From: an uncultured Verrucomicrobiae bacterium
GTDB taxonomy: Bacteria > Verrucomicrobiota > Verrucomicrobiia > Chthoniobacterales > JAFAMB01
Assembly (NCBI GenBank): GCA_963762565.1
Contig: CAVXLD010000001.1
Location: forward strand, 320,001-384,000
DNA: 64,000 bases
Reading direction: 5' to 3'
How positions within the stretch are numbered: position 1 is the stretch's first letter; each line of letters opens with the position of its first letter. The notes below the pieces were generated by a model. It did no database searches and had not been told where the DNA came from. It saw only the letters and a program-made list of their open reading frames with translations. This document shows positions 19,319 through 28,779 of this stretch, one piece after another. The translations under genes were made by a program, and so were the position numbers.

Positions 19319-19508
19319 AGCAACTGTCCCAGCCAGAGAGATACAGGTCGTGCCGCCGGCAAAACCCGTCATCTGCCCGGACGGAGGCAAACCCTGAACT
19401 CATTGCCGTGAGACCGGCATATTTGCTCTCGATCACGGAAGGATCGTTTTCGAAATGCAGGCAGTCGCGACAAGCCGGTCCGGGTTGAGGGGAAAAGAAT
19501 CGATTCAT
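19281..19508 (-). CDS. Small 4-Cys protein (possible Fe-S/metal binding)
   Basis: CRDCLHF..DDGFC..GWDSC; lies directly downstream of the YeiH-like fragment. Confidence 0.55.
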   Translation of the reverse strand: MNRFFSPQPGPACRDCLHFENDPSVIESKYAGLTAMSSGFASVRADDGFCRRHDLYLSGWDSCSSHVRSPEARPQ

Positions 19509-19512
19509 GAAA

Positions 19513-19896
19513 TCAGTGGGTCACGGTCGTTGACCAGTATTTACCGAAGATCAACACCGAGAGGATGAATCCGAGGATGATGTTAACGATGGCTCCTGCG
19601 GCAAAGGCCAGGAAAGGCTTGCTGCCGGCGGAGACAAAATCCTTCACGCGTGTGGTAAGACCGATGCTCAGGAAACTGAAGGTAAAGGCCCAGGTACGCA
19701 ACGCCGTAATCGGCGCGATGAGGCCTGGTTTCACCAGTTTATTGTAGTCGCCCAGGGTATAGGCATGCACGATCAGGGTAGTAAGCAAAGAAGCGATCAA
19801 AAATCCGATGACAAATTTCGGGAAACGCCACCAGATCTGCCCCGCTTGAACCTTGCCTCCAGCCTCTTGTTTCTCCCATCGGGTCACTGCGATCAA
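19513..19896 (-). pseudogene. C-terminal fragment of YeiH/putative sulfate exporter family membrane protein
   Basis: IWWRFPKFVIGFL, LRTWAFTFSFLSIGLTT; N-terminal majority absent. Confidence 0.7.
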
Positions 19897-20213
19897 AGCC
19901 CCGGCTTATTGTGCAGAAGCACGAGATCGAACGGCTCCGGAGAGTTGGAAACGATAGTGTGTATGGTATCCATCCAGAGGTCGCTAGACCGGAAATCAGG
20001 GACCTTGTAGCCAAACGCGCGTAGAAATTCATAGGCGTATTGTTGGCAGTTTGCACCACCTGCCAGACCCCGAACGCCGGGAGCTCCCGGGTAACGCTCA
20101 TAATTATAACGGACTTTATGGAACCACTCTGGAATTCTGATCGGCGATTTAGACAAGTCTAATCGGGCGTCTACCATCTGCGAAGACTTTATCTCCTCCA
20201 GAGCAAATGTCAT
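19893..20213 (-). pseudogene. 3'-truncated NlpC/P60-like hydrolase
   Basis: GANCQQYAY (catalytic Cys), RSSDLW, PFDLVLLH; stops before the expected H-x-G strand. Confidence 0.5.
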
Positions 20214-20357
20214 CGCCTCGAAGATTGCCGCTCGGGCGCTCGCACCGTTAACTTAGCAGACTATCGAAGAACGGTTTCGACGGGCCGGGCGTTAGCCGCG
20301 AAGCGGCGACTCATGATAGCCTAGTGTGCTGTCCCGGAGGGACAAGGTAATAGCAGC

Positions 20358-20652
20358 CTGGCCTGGAGGGGAGCCGCTTTGGAACGAGCCTAAAGTTCTC
20401 GTGATATTCTATCCATTGCGAGGAACGCCAAATAGGGTGTTAAACAGGCGGCTCCCGGGAATTACCGCACGCAATGTTTTGTCCATAGTTCCGTTCGGAG
20501 ATTGTTCATCCGGGCCTCGTGCCAACAAACCTAACACGCGTTGAAACGTTCCCGGGAGCCGCCTGTTTAAGGAGATTTCCGCTCATGAACCCGTCCAGGC
20601 AAATATCGCGGGGTCTTCTGTTACGTGCCAAAGCGGCTCCCCTCCAGGCCAG
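20358..20652. repeat. Nested perfect inverted repeats (25 bp outer, 22 bp inner)
   Basis: Outer 20358-20382/20628-20652; inner 20440-20461/20549-20570. Confidence 0.88.
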
Positions 20653-20716
20653 AAGACATGCGTTTTTCAACCGCTTGTCAGGTTCGACACCGTAGATCCG
20701 CGCCGTATTTTGGTTA

Positions 20717-21175
20717 ATGGACGTCCTATTCCTAATACTGATTTGTTCGACCGCCCTGATCCTAGGAAATGAATTCAGTATTCTGTTTTTTATTCATCCG
20801 AGTTTGTCCCGGGCGAATCATTTGAACTTCTTACCGGCGATACAGGTCTTCGCCAAGCTGTTCGGAAAGGTTATGCCGTTCTGGATGGGGGGTACCGTAC
20901 TAGCTCATTTAATCGTTCTTTGGATTACCTGGCACTGGCCCGCTGCTCATTCGCTTTGGCTCTTACTCGCCTCTCTTCTCTGGATCGCAATCGTCCTATT
21001 TAGCCTTATGGGGCCGGTTCCGATTAATGATCGTGTAAAAGGTTGGGACGTTGCGAAGTTACCTCCAGATTGGGAAAACCAGCGCCGGACATGGGACCAG
21101 CTGAATGCTATCAGGGTTGTCTTGATCGTGATCGCGTTCATATCGTTACTTCTAAGTTACAAAAGCCTTGGTTAA
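20717..21175 (+). CDS. DUF1772 / anthrone oxygenase-like membrane protein
   Basis: 4 TM; MPFW, VPIN..W...P.DW..R..W...N.IR. Confidence 0.82.
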   Translation: MDVLFLILICSTALILGNEFSILFFIHPSLSRANHLNFLPAIQVFAKLFGKVMPFWMGGTVLAHLIVLWITWHWPAAHSLWLLLASLLWIAIVLFSLMGPVPINDRVKGWDVAKLPPDWENQRRTWDQLNAIRVVLIVIAFISLLLSYKSLG

Positions 21176-21207
21176 GGCCGCAGGCGACCGAACGGAATCG
21201 CATTACA

Positions 21208-21654
21208 ATGGGTATAGATTATGGCCATCCGCCGAAAGGCGGTTTCGCGAAACTGGTATCCGAACTTCTCGTCGAAGAACTGGGCGAAAGCCTTTCCTTT
21301 TGGCAAGAGGTGCTCGGTTTCGAAATTGCTTATCGGCGGCCTGAGCAGAAATTTGCCTATCTAGAACGACCTGAGGGCGCACAAATCATGTTGTGCGAGC
21401 GATCGGGAGGAAGATCGGAAACCGGACCCATGGAAAAACCGTACGGACGTGGTGTGATGTTCCAAATTTACGTTTCATCAGTCGATCCGATCATCGATCG
21501 CTTGAAGGATTTGCGAGTGCCAATCCATGCCGGTCCAAGGGAAGTATGGAGACGGTATGGTGACCGGGAAGGAGGTAGACTGGAGATTATTGTTCTGGAT
21601 CCTAGTGGTTACCTCATCATGCTGGCCGAAGACCTCGGCGAGAGACTCCTCTAA
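21208..21654 (+). CDS. VOC family (glyoxalase/bleomycin resistance) protein
   Basis: SLSFWQEVLGFEIAYRRPE, PYGRGVMFQI, DPSGYLI. Confidence 0.88.
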   Translation: MGIDYGHPPKGGFAKLVSELLVEELGESLSFWQEVLGFEIAYRRPEQKFAYLERPEGAQIMLCERSGGRSETGPMEKPYGRGVMFQIYVSSVDPIIDRLKDLRVPIHAGPREVWRRYGDREGGRLEIIVLDPSGYLIMLAEDLGERLL

Positions 21655-22056
21655 CGGTCGAGAACCGCAGCATTCAGCTCTTAGCGTCAGTAACCGGAGT
21701 GGTTCGATAGCCGGCGCCCCGATCCGAAGGAATAGACAACGTCGTCTTCCGTATTCCGGAAAAGGCTGGTCGGAATGATGCCCGATACCTGGGTGATGAA
21801 AACTCCACTGTTACGCGCCTGCAACGCGAATCTGCAGGAGCCTACGGCAAGCATTCGCTTTGGGGCCCTTTCACGGATCTCGAAGCATCCAAACTACCGA
21901 TGAGGCCCTCCCGACCCTAGGCCTTAGGTGTGATCTGCTTCGGACGATCTCAGGGTTCACCCGATAGGGATTCAGCAATCACCCCTACCAAAGGAGCATG
22001 GTCTAGCCCGATTTCCTAACTCCTTCGCGCTGTTATCTTTTCAAAAGAAAATAACT

Positions 22057-22641
22057 ATGGACACAGAAACGATATCAAACATTGAATCGAAGTCGGATGC
22101 TGAATTAATGGAAGCGGTTGGCAGACGTGAGCCCGATGCGATTCAAGAAATTTATAAGCGGTACGAATCTACCCTTCGCACGGTGATCCAGAGTGTCTTG
22201 CATGACGACAGCGAGACCGACGACGCTTTGAACGATGTATTTCTGCAGCTTTGGGATCAATCAGACCGATTCATTGCGGAAAAAGGCCTGCATGGCTTTC
22301 TAGTCACTATGGCTCGTCGCCGGGCTCTCGACCGGTTACGTCGGCGCTTAGCCTATCATCGAACCAGGGATCGTTTCGAGACCGAACTAAAAGCCACGTA
22401 TAGAGAGGAAGCAAGAGTGCACCAACCACCAAACGCAGACCTGGCAGATCTGTTGCGCGGGGTCATCGGCACTCTTCCGGTTCCTCAACAGGAAGTGGTG
22501 AACCTGGCTTTTTTTGAAGGCCTAAGCCAACGCGAAATCGCAGCTCGCAAATCCATCGCTCTGGGCACGGTGAAGACGCGCCTCCAGCTTGCTCACAAGA
22601 AACTCTTCAACCAGTTAGCTCCGCTCCAGGCTATGATTTGA
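22057..22641 (+). CDS. ECF RNA polymerase sigma factor (SigK-like)
   Basis: Region 2 DVFLQLW..RRRALDRLR; region 4 EGLSQREIA..LGTVKTRL. Confidence 0.92.
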   Translation: MDTETISNIESKSDAELMEAVGRREPDAIQEIYKRYESTLRTVIQSVLHDDSETDDALNDVFLQLWDQSDRFIAEKGLHGFLVTMARRRALDRLRRRLAYHRTRDRFETELKATYREEARVHQPPNADLADLLRGVIGTLPVPQQEVVNLAFFEGLSQREIAARKSIALGTVKTRLQLAHKKLFNQLAPLQAMI

Positions 22642-22669
22642 TTTTCAATAAAATAGGAAACTCTTCATT

Positions 22670-22909
22670 GTGGCAGACCAACCAGACCAAAAGCAACCGG
22701 GCACAACACTCGCGTTTCAAGCAGCATTGACGCAAGCCATCGAGCTCTGGGACAAAACGCCGGTATCAATTCTGGACCAACAAGCGGTGCAGACCCATGC
22801 GTTGCTATTGGCGATGGGCAAGTACATCACCTATCGCAAAGAAAAAGGGGAGCTAGAGTCGTGCGCGGCTGGCTCAGACTTTTTGAATCGTCTCATAAAA
22901 GAGCTATAA
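22670..22909 (+). CDS. Hypothetical 79-aa protein
   Basis: Co-directional, 28 bp after the sigma gene; helical composition. Confidence 0.45.
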   Translation: MADQPDQKQPGTTLAFQAALTQAIELWDKTPVSILDQQAVQTHALLLAMGKYITYRKEKGELESCAAGSDFLNRLIKEL

Positions 22910-23060
22910 ACAAGATCGAGATCCATAAACTCGTTGATCGCCGCCACGCTTCCCGCTCCGATCGCAGGACAAGAAGATCAAACGGCGCAGATTCGGTGGT
23001 TTGATGGAATGGACGCCCGCAACGAAAAAGCCTCGTTAGTTTACCTACCGGCCGATAAAA

Positions 23061-23936
23061 TCACATCGGCATTTGACCCCCAGTCGCGCCATAGATCTCT
23101 CCGGTGACATAGCTACTTTGACCGCTCGCTAGGAAAACAAAAATAGGAGCAATCTCGGCGGGTTGGGCGGCTCGCGCAAAGACCGTGTCTGAGCCGAATT
23201 CTTTCACCTTATTCTTGGGTAATGTAGAAGGGATAAGTGGAGTCCAGACAGGACCTGGTGCAACGGCATTAACTCGGACGCCCTGTTTGATGGCGAGACT
23301 AGCGAGCGATCGCGTGAAACTAACAATCGCCGCCTTGGTCGACGCATAGGCGATCAGACTCGGACTGGGATCGAAGGATTGGATGGAGCCGGTATTAATC
23401 ACGGAGCCACCCGGTTTCATTTGCGGGAGGATGGCTTTGCAAAGACGGAACATCGCGAACACGTTTATTCGATAGGCTTCCTCGAACTCCTCATCGGAAA
23501 TGTCTTCGAACTCGTCATAACTCCGTTGAAAGGCGGCGTTGTTCACCAGGATATCGATGCTACCGAAAGCATCGATCGCTTTTTGGGCGACCTCTTTGGA
23601 TACCGATCGTTCGCCGATATCGCCCGGAATAAGAACCGCTTTGCGGCCGGCCTCGGTAACCAAACGTTCCGTCTCCTTGGCATCTTGGTGCTCCGAAAGG
23701 TAAGAGACAGCAACATCCGCTCCCTCTCTAGCGAAAGCGAGGGCTACCGCCCGGCCTATGCCGCTATCAGCTCCGGTGATTAGCGTATGGAAACCCGCGA
23801 GCTGGCCCGTGCCCGTGTAGGTCAACTCTCCATGATCGACTTTTGGGCTCATTTCCTCCTCGCTTCCGGGAGGAGATTGCTGCCGCTCTGAGTAAGGAGG
23901 CTGTTGATAGAGTTTGCGAGGATCCTGCGTTTTCAC
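23061..23936 (-). CDS. SDR oxidoreductase, YhxC/YdaD/YghA (general stress) type
   Basis: GTG start at 23936; DHGE..Y.G.G.L, TGADSGIGRAVA, YASTK, PGPVWTPL. Confidence 0.92.
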   Translation of the reverse strand: MKTQDPRKLYQQPPYSERQQSPPGSEEEMSPKVDHGELTYTGTGQLAGFHTLITGADSGIGRAVALAFAREGADVAVSYLSEHQDAKETERLVTEAGRKAVLIPGDIGERSVSKEVAQKAIDAFGSIDILVNNAAFQRSYDEFEDISDEEFEEAYRINVFAMFRLCKAILPQMKPGGSVINTGSIQSFDPSPSLIAYASTKAAIVSFTRSLASLAIKQGVRVNAVAPGPVWTPLIPSTLPKNKVKEFGSDTVFARAAQPAEIAPIFVFLASGQSSYVTGEIYGATGGQMPM

Positions 23937-24414
23937 GGATATCTTTCTGGGATTACGGTTTCTCGTTGGTTCGCTCGCGGAGCGGTACGCGGCCGCGTAT
24001 GGTCGACACCTATAAAAGGAATGGCTTGAATAGCCACTGTACCTTTTTGCGTGACCGGCATGCTGCCGGTTGTATCGAGTCATTTTCTCGAGCTCAATTC
24101 GAAGAGAAGAGTGGAACGTCGGAACGAAGAGATTCGCTACTCTGCGCCTCGGAATTCAAGACACCAGCGCCGAAATCGATTCGGAAGAACGAGATGCAAA
24201 TGGCCAACGCCGTGGACCTAATGTCAGTCCCGAAACAAAGCCTCTACAAAAGGGCGCCGGGCGCTTTCTAGAAAGCGCCCTGATGCCAAAGCCGGGAATA
24301 TTCTTATGCAGGCAAACCCAGGACCTCACCAAGCTGTCGCACCTCAAGGGTGCAACCTCCCATACCTTTTTTGAAGTGTTGCTAGAGCATTTCTATATAG
24401 GAAAAAGCCGAGCG

Positions 24415-24531
24415 AGCGCACCCGAAACGGTCGGACGTTCCGCCAGCCACGGCTGTATTCGGTTGACGAATTGGGATGCCATCCGCGTGCTTAACTTGAT
24501 AACTCAAGGTGCTACGGTCCGGATTTATTGA
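24415..24531 (+). pseudogene. L,D-transpeptidase (YkuD) C-terminal remnant
   Basis: PETVGRSASHGCIRLTNWDA..GATVRIY; upstream part of the ORF is not recognisable. Confidence 0.6.
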
Positions 24532-26074
24532 GTCGCATCCGCTTCTAGCATCGGACGCGAACGCCGGTGGGAGCTGCTTTGTGAGATCCGCCGCGATATT
24601 AAAGGCTAATCATCCACCCAGCTCGCGGCTTGGTGACGTAGTTGAAACGACTATCCCCGATCGTCTGGATCGATTGCCATGGTCGCGATGGCATTGGTTT
24701 GTCGTGATTGCTCTCGGGGTTACCTGGATCCTGGATGGACTGGAGGTCACGCTCGCCGGAGCCATCAGCGGCGTCTTACAAAAGCCCGAAGCGCTGAGCC
24801 TGACCGATGCCGAGGTCGGCATGAGCGCTACGTTTTATTTGGCCGGGAACGTATTCGGAGCGCTGGTTTTCGGTTTTCTAACCGATCGATTCGGTAGAAA
24901 AAGGCTGTTTTCTCTGACTCTGCTTGTCTATCTGCTTGGCACCGCTCTATCCGCTTCTTCCTGGAACTTTGTTAGTTTTGCTCTCTTTCGATTTTTGACC
25001 GGTTCCGGTATTGGCGGCGAGTACGCCGCCATTAATTCCGCAATCGACGAACTCATTCCGGCGCGTATTCGCGGGCGTATCGATATTACCATCAACGCCA
25101 CGTACTGGATTGGCGCCGCGCTTGGTGCGGTGGGTACCTACCTATTGTTAAATCCGATCGTTATTCCTACCAGCATCGGCTGGCGAGCCGTATTTGTGCT
25201 GGGCGCACTACTTGGCTCGGTGATCATAATTTTTCGGCATTGGGTTCCGGAAAGCCCGCGTTGGCTCACTATCCACGGACGAAAAGAAGATGCGGATAAG
25301 ATCGTCAAAGACATTGAACAGCAGATTGACGCCCATCAACGCGATTGGCCTGACTCCTCTTTAAAGAAACTGACCGTTCGCGTTCGTAGTCACACGCCAT
25401 TGAAGGAAATCTGGGAAACGATATTTCGCCGGCATCGGGCCCGAGCGCTCTTGGGGTTTGTGTTAATGATTGCTCAGGCCTTTTTCTTCAACGCCATTTT
25501 CTTTACCTACTCGCTCGTCTTGGTTCGGTTTTATAAAATTGCACCGGAATTAACGGCTCTCTATTTGATCCCCTTTGCGCTTGGTAATGTTCTCGGTCCG
25601 CTGCTGCTAGGGCCTCTGTTCGACAAAGTGGGACGAAAACCGATGATCGTTCTGACCTATGCGGCTGCCGGGCTGTTTCTGGCAGTCAGCGGTTGGTTGT
25701 TTCAGGCGGAATTACTCACCGCGCAGACCCAAACTCTGGCTTGGAGCGCGATTTTTTTTGTGGCCTCGTGTGCGGCTAGTTCCGCCTACTTAACTACTAG
25801 CGAAATCTTTCCTCTCGAGATTCGAGGGCTAGCCATTGCCTTATTTTATTCCGCTGGGACCCTCTGTGGCGGGATGATCGCCCCAACCATCTTTAGTCTG
25901 CTGATCCAAACGGGTTCTCGGGATGCCCTACTGCTCGGTTATCTTAGCGCCGCGTTTTTGATGATCGGCGCTGCCGTCGCAGAGGCGATCTTGGGAGTCA
26001 AAGCCGAAAGGCGCAGTTTGGAGGACGTAGCGTCGCCACTGTCACAAGCCGGCAGGGGGGGTGATGAAGTTTGA
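24509..26074 (+). CDS. MFS transporter (sugar/aromatic acid-like)
   Basis: RLDRLPWS, DRFGRK, GIGGE, PESPRWL, SEIFPLEIRG; start codon uncertain. Confidence 0.93.
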   Translation: MLRSGFIESHPLLASDANAGGSCFVRSAAILKANHPPSSRLGDVVETTIPDRLDRLPWSRWHWFVVIALGVTWILDGLEVTLAGAISGVLQKPEALSLTDAEVGMSATFYLAGNVFGALVFGFLTDRFGRKRLFSLTLLVYLLGTALSASSWNFVSFALFRFLTGSGIGGEYAAINSAIDELIPARIRGRIDITINATYWIGAALGAVGTYLLLNPIVIPTSIGWRAVFVLGALLGSVIIIFRHWVPESPRWLTIHGRKEDADKIVKDIEQQIDAHQRDWPDSSLKKLTVRVRSHTPLKEIWETIFRRHRARALLGFVLMIAQAFFFNAIFFTYSLVLVRFYKIAPELTALYLIPFALGNVLGPLLLGPLFDKVGRKPMIVLTYAAAGLFLAVSGWLFQAELLTAQTQTLAWSAIFFVASCAASSAYLTTSEIFPLEIRGLAIALFYSAGTLCGGMIAPTIFSLLIQTGSRDALLLGYLSAAFLMIGAAVAEAILGVKAERRSLEDVASPLSQAGRGGDEV

Positions 26075-26222
26075 TTCTGCCGGATGCCAACATCGGGGGA
26101 GTTGACTTTTTGGTTTTCGAACGACCCAAAAATTACCGTCTTATATGCAATTTTTTTCGCGCCGGGCAGATTCCTACGTCCGCAAACTGAAAGTAGTACG
26201 AACGTCTTGATCCGGAGACTCC

Positions 26223-26571
26223 ATGAATCGGCATAGTTTCGTTTTTAGGACCCTGTTTTCGGCGGCGCTCGGCATCGCTGTCCGGCCCGCTTTCCTGGGA
26301 CTATTCGCTAAATCTACCGACTTCAGTTGTTATTACCGAGATCGATAACCAGAAAGTCCTGGATCAGGCATTCGAAGCCGTAAGAACTTTTCATCCGTTA
26401 GATGAGAAGGAAGTGGCCGCTATTATCGCGAAGACTGAATCAGTTGCTGCCGACGGCAAGTACGAGCTGTTCAAGACATCTTCCCATTTCGATACGATTG
26501 CGAAACACCCGGATTGGTTAGGAGATGATAGTCCGTCCGTGCAGAAGCTCGCGCCGCAAACTGCGGGGTAG
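26223..26571 (+). pseudogene. Aldo/keto reductase remnant with a large internal deletion
   Basis: Leader MNRHSFVFRTLFSAALG joined out of frame to the C-terminus YSLNLPTSVVIT.ID..VLDQA..GKYELFKTSSHFD..AKHPDWLG. Confidence 0.6.
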
Positions 26572-27117
26572 GGGTAAGGGGTGGGTAACAGTACAAGAGG
26601 CAAACCGGGGACTCCGTGGCCTCGAGCCGTCGATAGCCCCTACGCCCAGAGCGGAACGATTACCCTTGAAAGCCTCTTTGAGGTCGAGCCCGATTACCCT
26701 GTTCAAGTTGGTCCGTTCCGTATAATCTGGGTTCAATACACTATCTGTAAGAAGCTTTCGCTCTAAGTATGATCGCCGAGTTCCAGAAATGAAGACCAAA
26801 GTTATCTGTGGTCGAACGCCCACTGCCAGAGAGGGGAAGACAAAGACAAGGATTAACGCCGGCCAGGGGAACCGCGGCGTAATCATTAGCCCGCCCGGAC
26901 GACGAAGCAACTTGATCCTCATGGCGTTGCAACTCATCGCTCGAAAAATCCGAGCAAAAGAATAAACAATCGCGATGCGTTCGCTTTCCCAATTGTAATA
27001 CCGCATCGCAAACGGTGTAAGTTCTTCAGGAACGATCCCTCTCGGGATCGGGCTGCGTTTAGCCCGCTAAAGGCCGAATCTTTCTACAGACCAACTGCTT
27101 TCACCAGGGAGGGCGAT

Positions 27118-28779
27118 TCAGGCAGAATTACCGGCATCGGTGCGCAGTCTAGCCAACGCCAAGATAGTCTGGACAAGCTCGTCAGGATCAATGGGTTTGC
27201 TCAGGTGTGCCTGGAAGCCGGCCAATCGGGTCCAAACCCGATCTTTCTCACGAGCTGCGGCTGTAAAGGCAATCACAGGCAGCCGAGCGATGTCTGGCTC
27301 TAGACTCCGGACTTTTTCTAAGAGTTCGTAACCGTCCATTTCTGGCATTGCCAGGTCGCAAATTAGAACGTCGGGATGAACATTCCTGATCGCCTCGAGC
27401 GCTTCTTGTCCTGAACCCACGACGGTGGCCTCAGCGCAGCAATGTTGCAAAATGGCCCTCAGGAGGTCTCGCGAGTCGGCATTATCGTCTACACCCACCA
27501 CCCTAATGCTTTGGAGTCTGCTATCAGGCGCCTTTCCCTCTGCTGCAACCCCACTCGTTCCGGTACGCTCGGCGCCAGGCGCGGAATTGCTTGCCATCGT
27601 CGGCAATTCGACCTTGATTAAGGATCCGCGACCTGGTCCTTCACTCTCGGCGCTGATCGAACCGCCATGCAACTCGACAAGATGTTTGCAAATAGCCAAG
27701 CCTAGCCCCAATCCGAGATTCTCTGTCCCTTCTCGGGAGAAACGTTCAAAAATATGGGGAAGGAACTCTGGTGAAATTCCTTTGCCCGTATCTTTTACCA
27801 CGAACACCGCTTTTGATTGAGCTTTTCTTAGCTGCACTGTCACCGAACCTGCGCTGGGCGTAAATTTTAGGGCGTTACTCAAAAGGTTACCTAGAATTTG
27901 GCGTAGCCTCGCCTCGTCTCCCCAGATCCTGCAGCTAACCTCCTGTGGAATTTCAACCACACTCTCCAAAGCAATCCCTTTTTCGGCTGCCTGCGGTCGC
28001 AGCGTTTCGACACTTGTAGTAACGATCTGCTTCAAATCGACCCCTCGGTAGTCTAATGCCAACCTCCCAGTAACGATCCGGGAAGTATCAAGGAGATCTG
28101 AGATTAGTTCGGCTAAGACACCGGTATTACGCTGCAGCACCTCCAGCCCTTGCGCCATGAGGGCCTGGTCGTTAGGCGTTCCCCGCATGAGATAGGTCCA
28201 TCCTACAATGGCATTCAGCGGAGTCCGAAGCTCGTGAGCAACCATCGCTAGGAACTGGTCCTTCGCTCGATCGGCAGCCTCGGCCTTTAGACGGGCTTTT
28301 TCGAGTTCGACAGCGGCGCGACGTTGAGATTCCAGCAGATCGCGAACCTGATACTGGCGTGCGCGCGCCTGCAGCGCGACCCGCAAAGCCCCGACCAAAG
28401 CGGTCGGGCGAAGCGGCCGTTCAAGTAGCGTTACCGCACGAGACCGAAGAGCTCGCACGCGCTGCGATGTGACTTTAGTTTGCGGCCCCGGGCGAATAAG
28501 AAGTACGATCGGTAGGTCCGACCAAGGCTCTTGGTCTTCGAGCCAATTAGTCAGGCTTGAGCAATCCGCAGATGAGACTAAGGATTCCTCGGTCAGTAGC
28601 AGAGCTCCGACAGAACCTCCCTCAGCTTGCAGGCGCTCAGAAAGTTCGGACAAACTCCCGCACAGTTTCGGAACTATTTCCGCGGTGCTTAACACAGAAG
28701 CTGCCAAATCGCCATCTTCGCCCATTGGCGCTAAGATGAGAACGACTTGAGAGGCACCGGTTTTGTTGGTCGGCATCAA
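27118..28779 (-). CDS. Hybrid histidine kinase (pseudo-receiver - HisKA - HATPase - REC)
   Basis: HELRTPL, NLLSNALKFT, DTGKGI, GLGLGL, REC DLAMPEMDG. Confidence 0.95.
   Translation of the reverse strand: MMPTNKTGASQVVLILAPMGEDGDLAASVLSTAEIVPKLCGSLSELSERLQAEGGSVGALLLTEESLVSSADCSSLTNWLEDQEPWSDLPIVLLIRPGPQTKVTSQRVRALRSRAVTLLERPLRPTALVGALRVALQARARQYQVRDLLESQRRAAVELEKARLKAEAADRAKDQFLAMVAHELRTPLNAIVGWTYLMRGTPNDQALMAQGLEVLQRNTGVLAELISDLLDTSRIVTGRLALDYRGVDLKQIVTTSVETLRPQAAEKGIALESVVEIPQEVSCRIWGDEARLRQILGNLLSNALKFTPSAGSVTVQLRKAQSKAVFVVKDTGKGISPEFLPHIFERFSREGTENLGLGLGLAICKHLVELHGGSISAESEGPGRGSLIKVELPTMASNSAPGAERTGTSGVAAEGKAPDSRLQSIRVVGVDDNADSRDLLRAILQHCCAEATVVGSGQEALEAIRNVHPDVLICDLAMPEMDGYELLEKVRSLEPDIARLPVIAFTAAAREKDRVWTRLAGFQAHLSKPIDPDELVQTILALARLRTDAGNSA

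Noticed and set aside
26518..27006. 162-aa minus-strand ORF
   Set aside because: No recognisable motif, and it overlaps the aldo/keto reductase relic; cannot be supported
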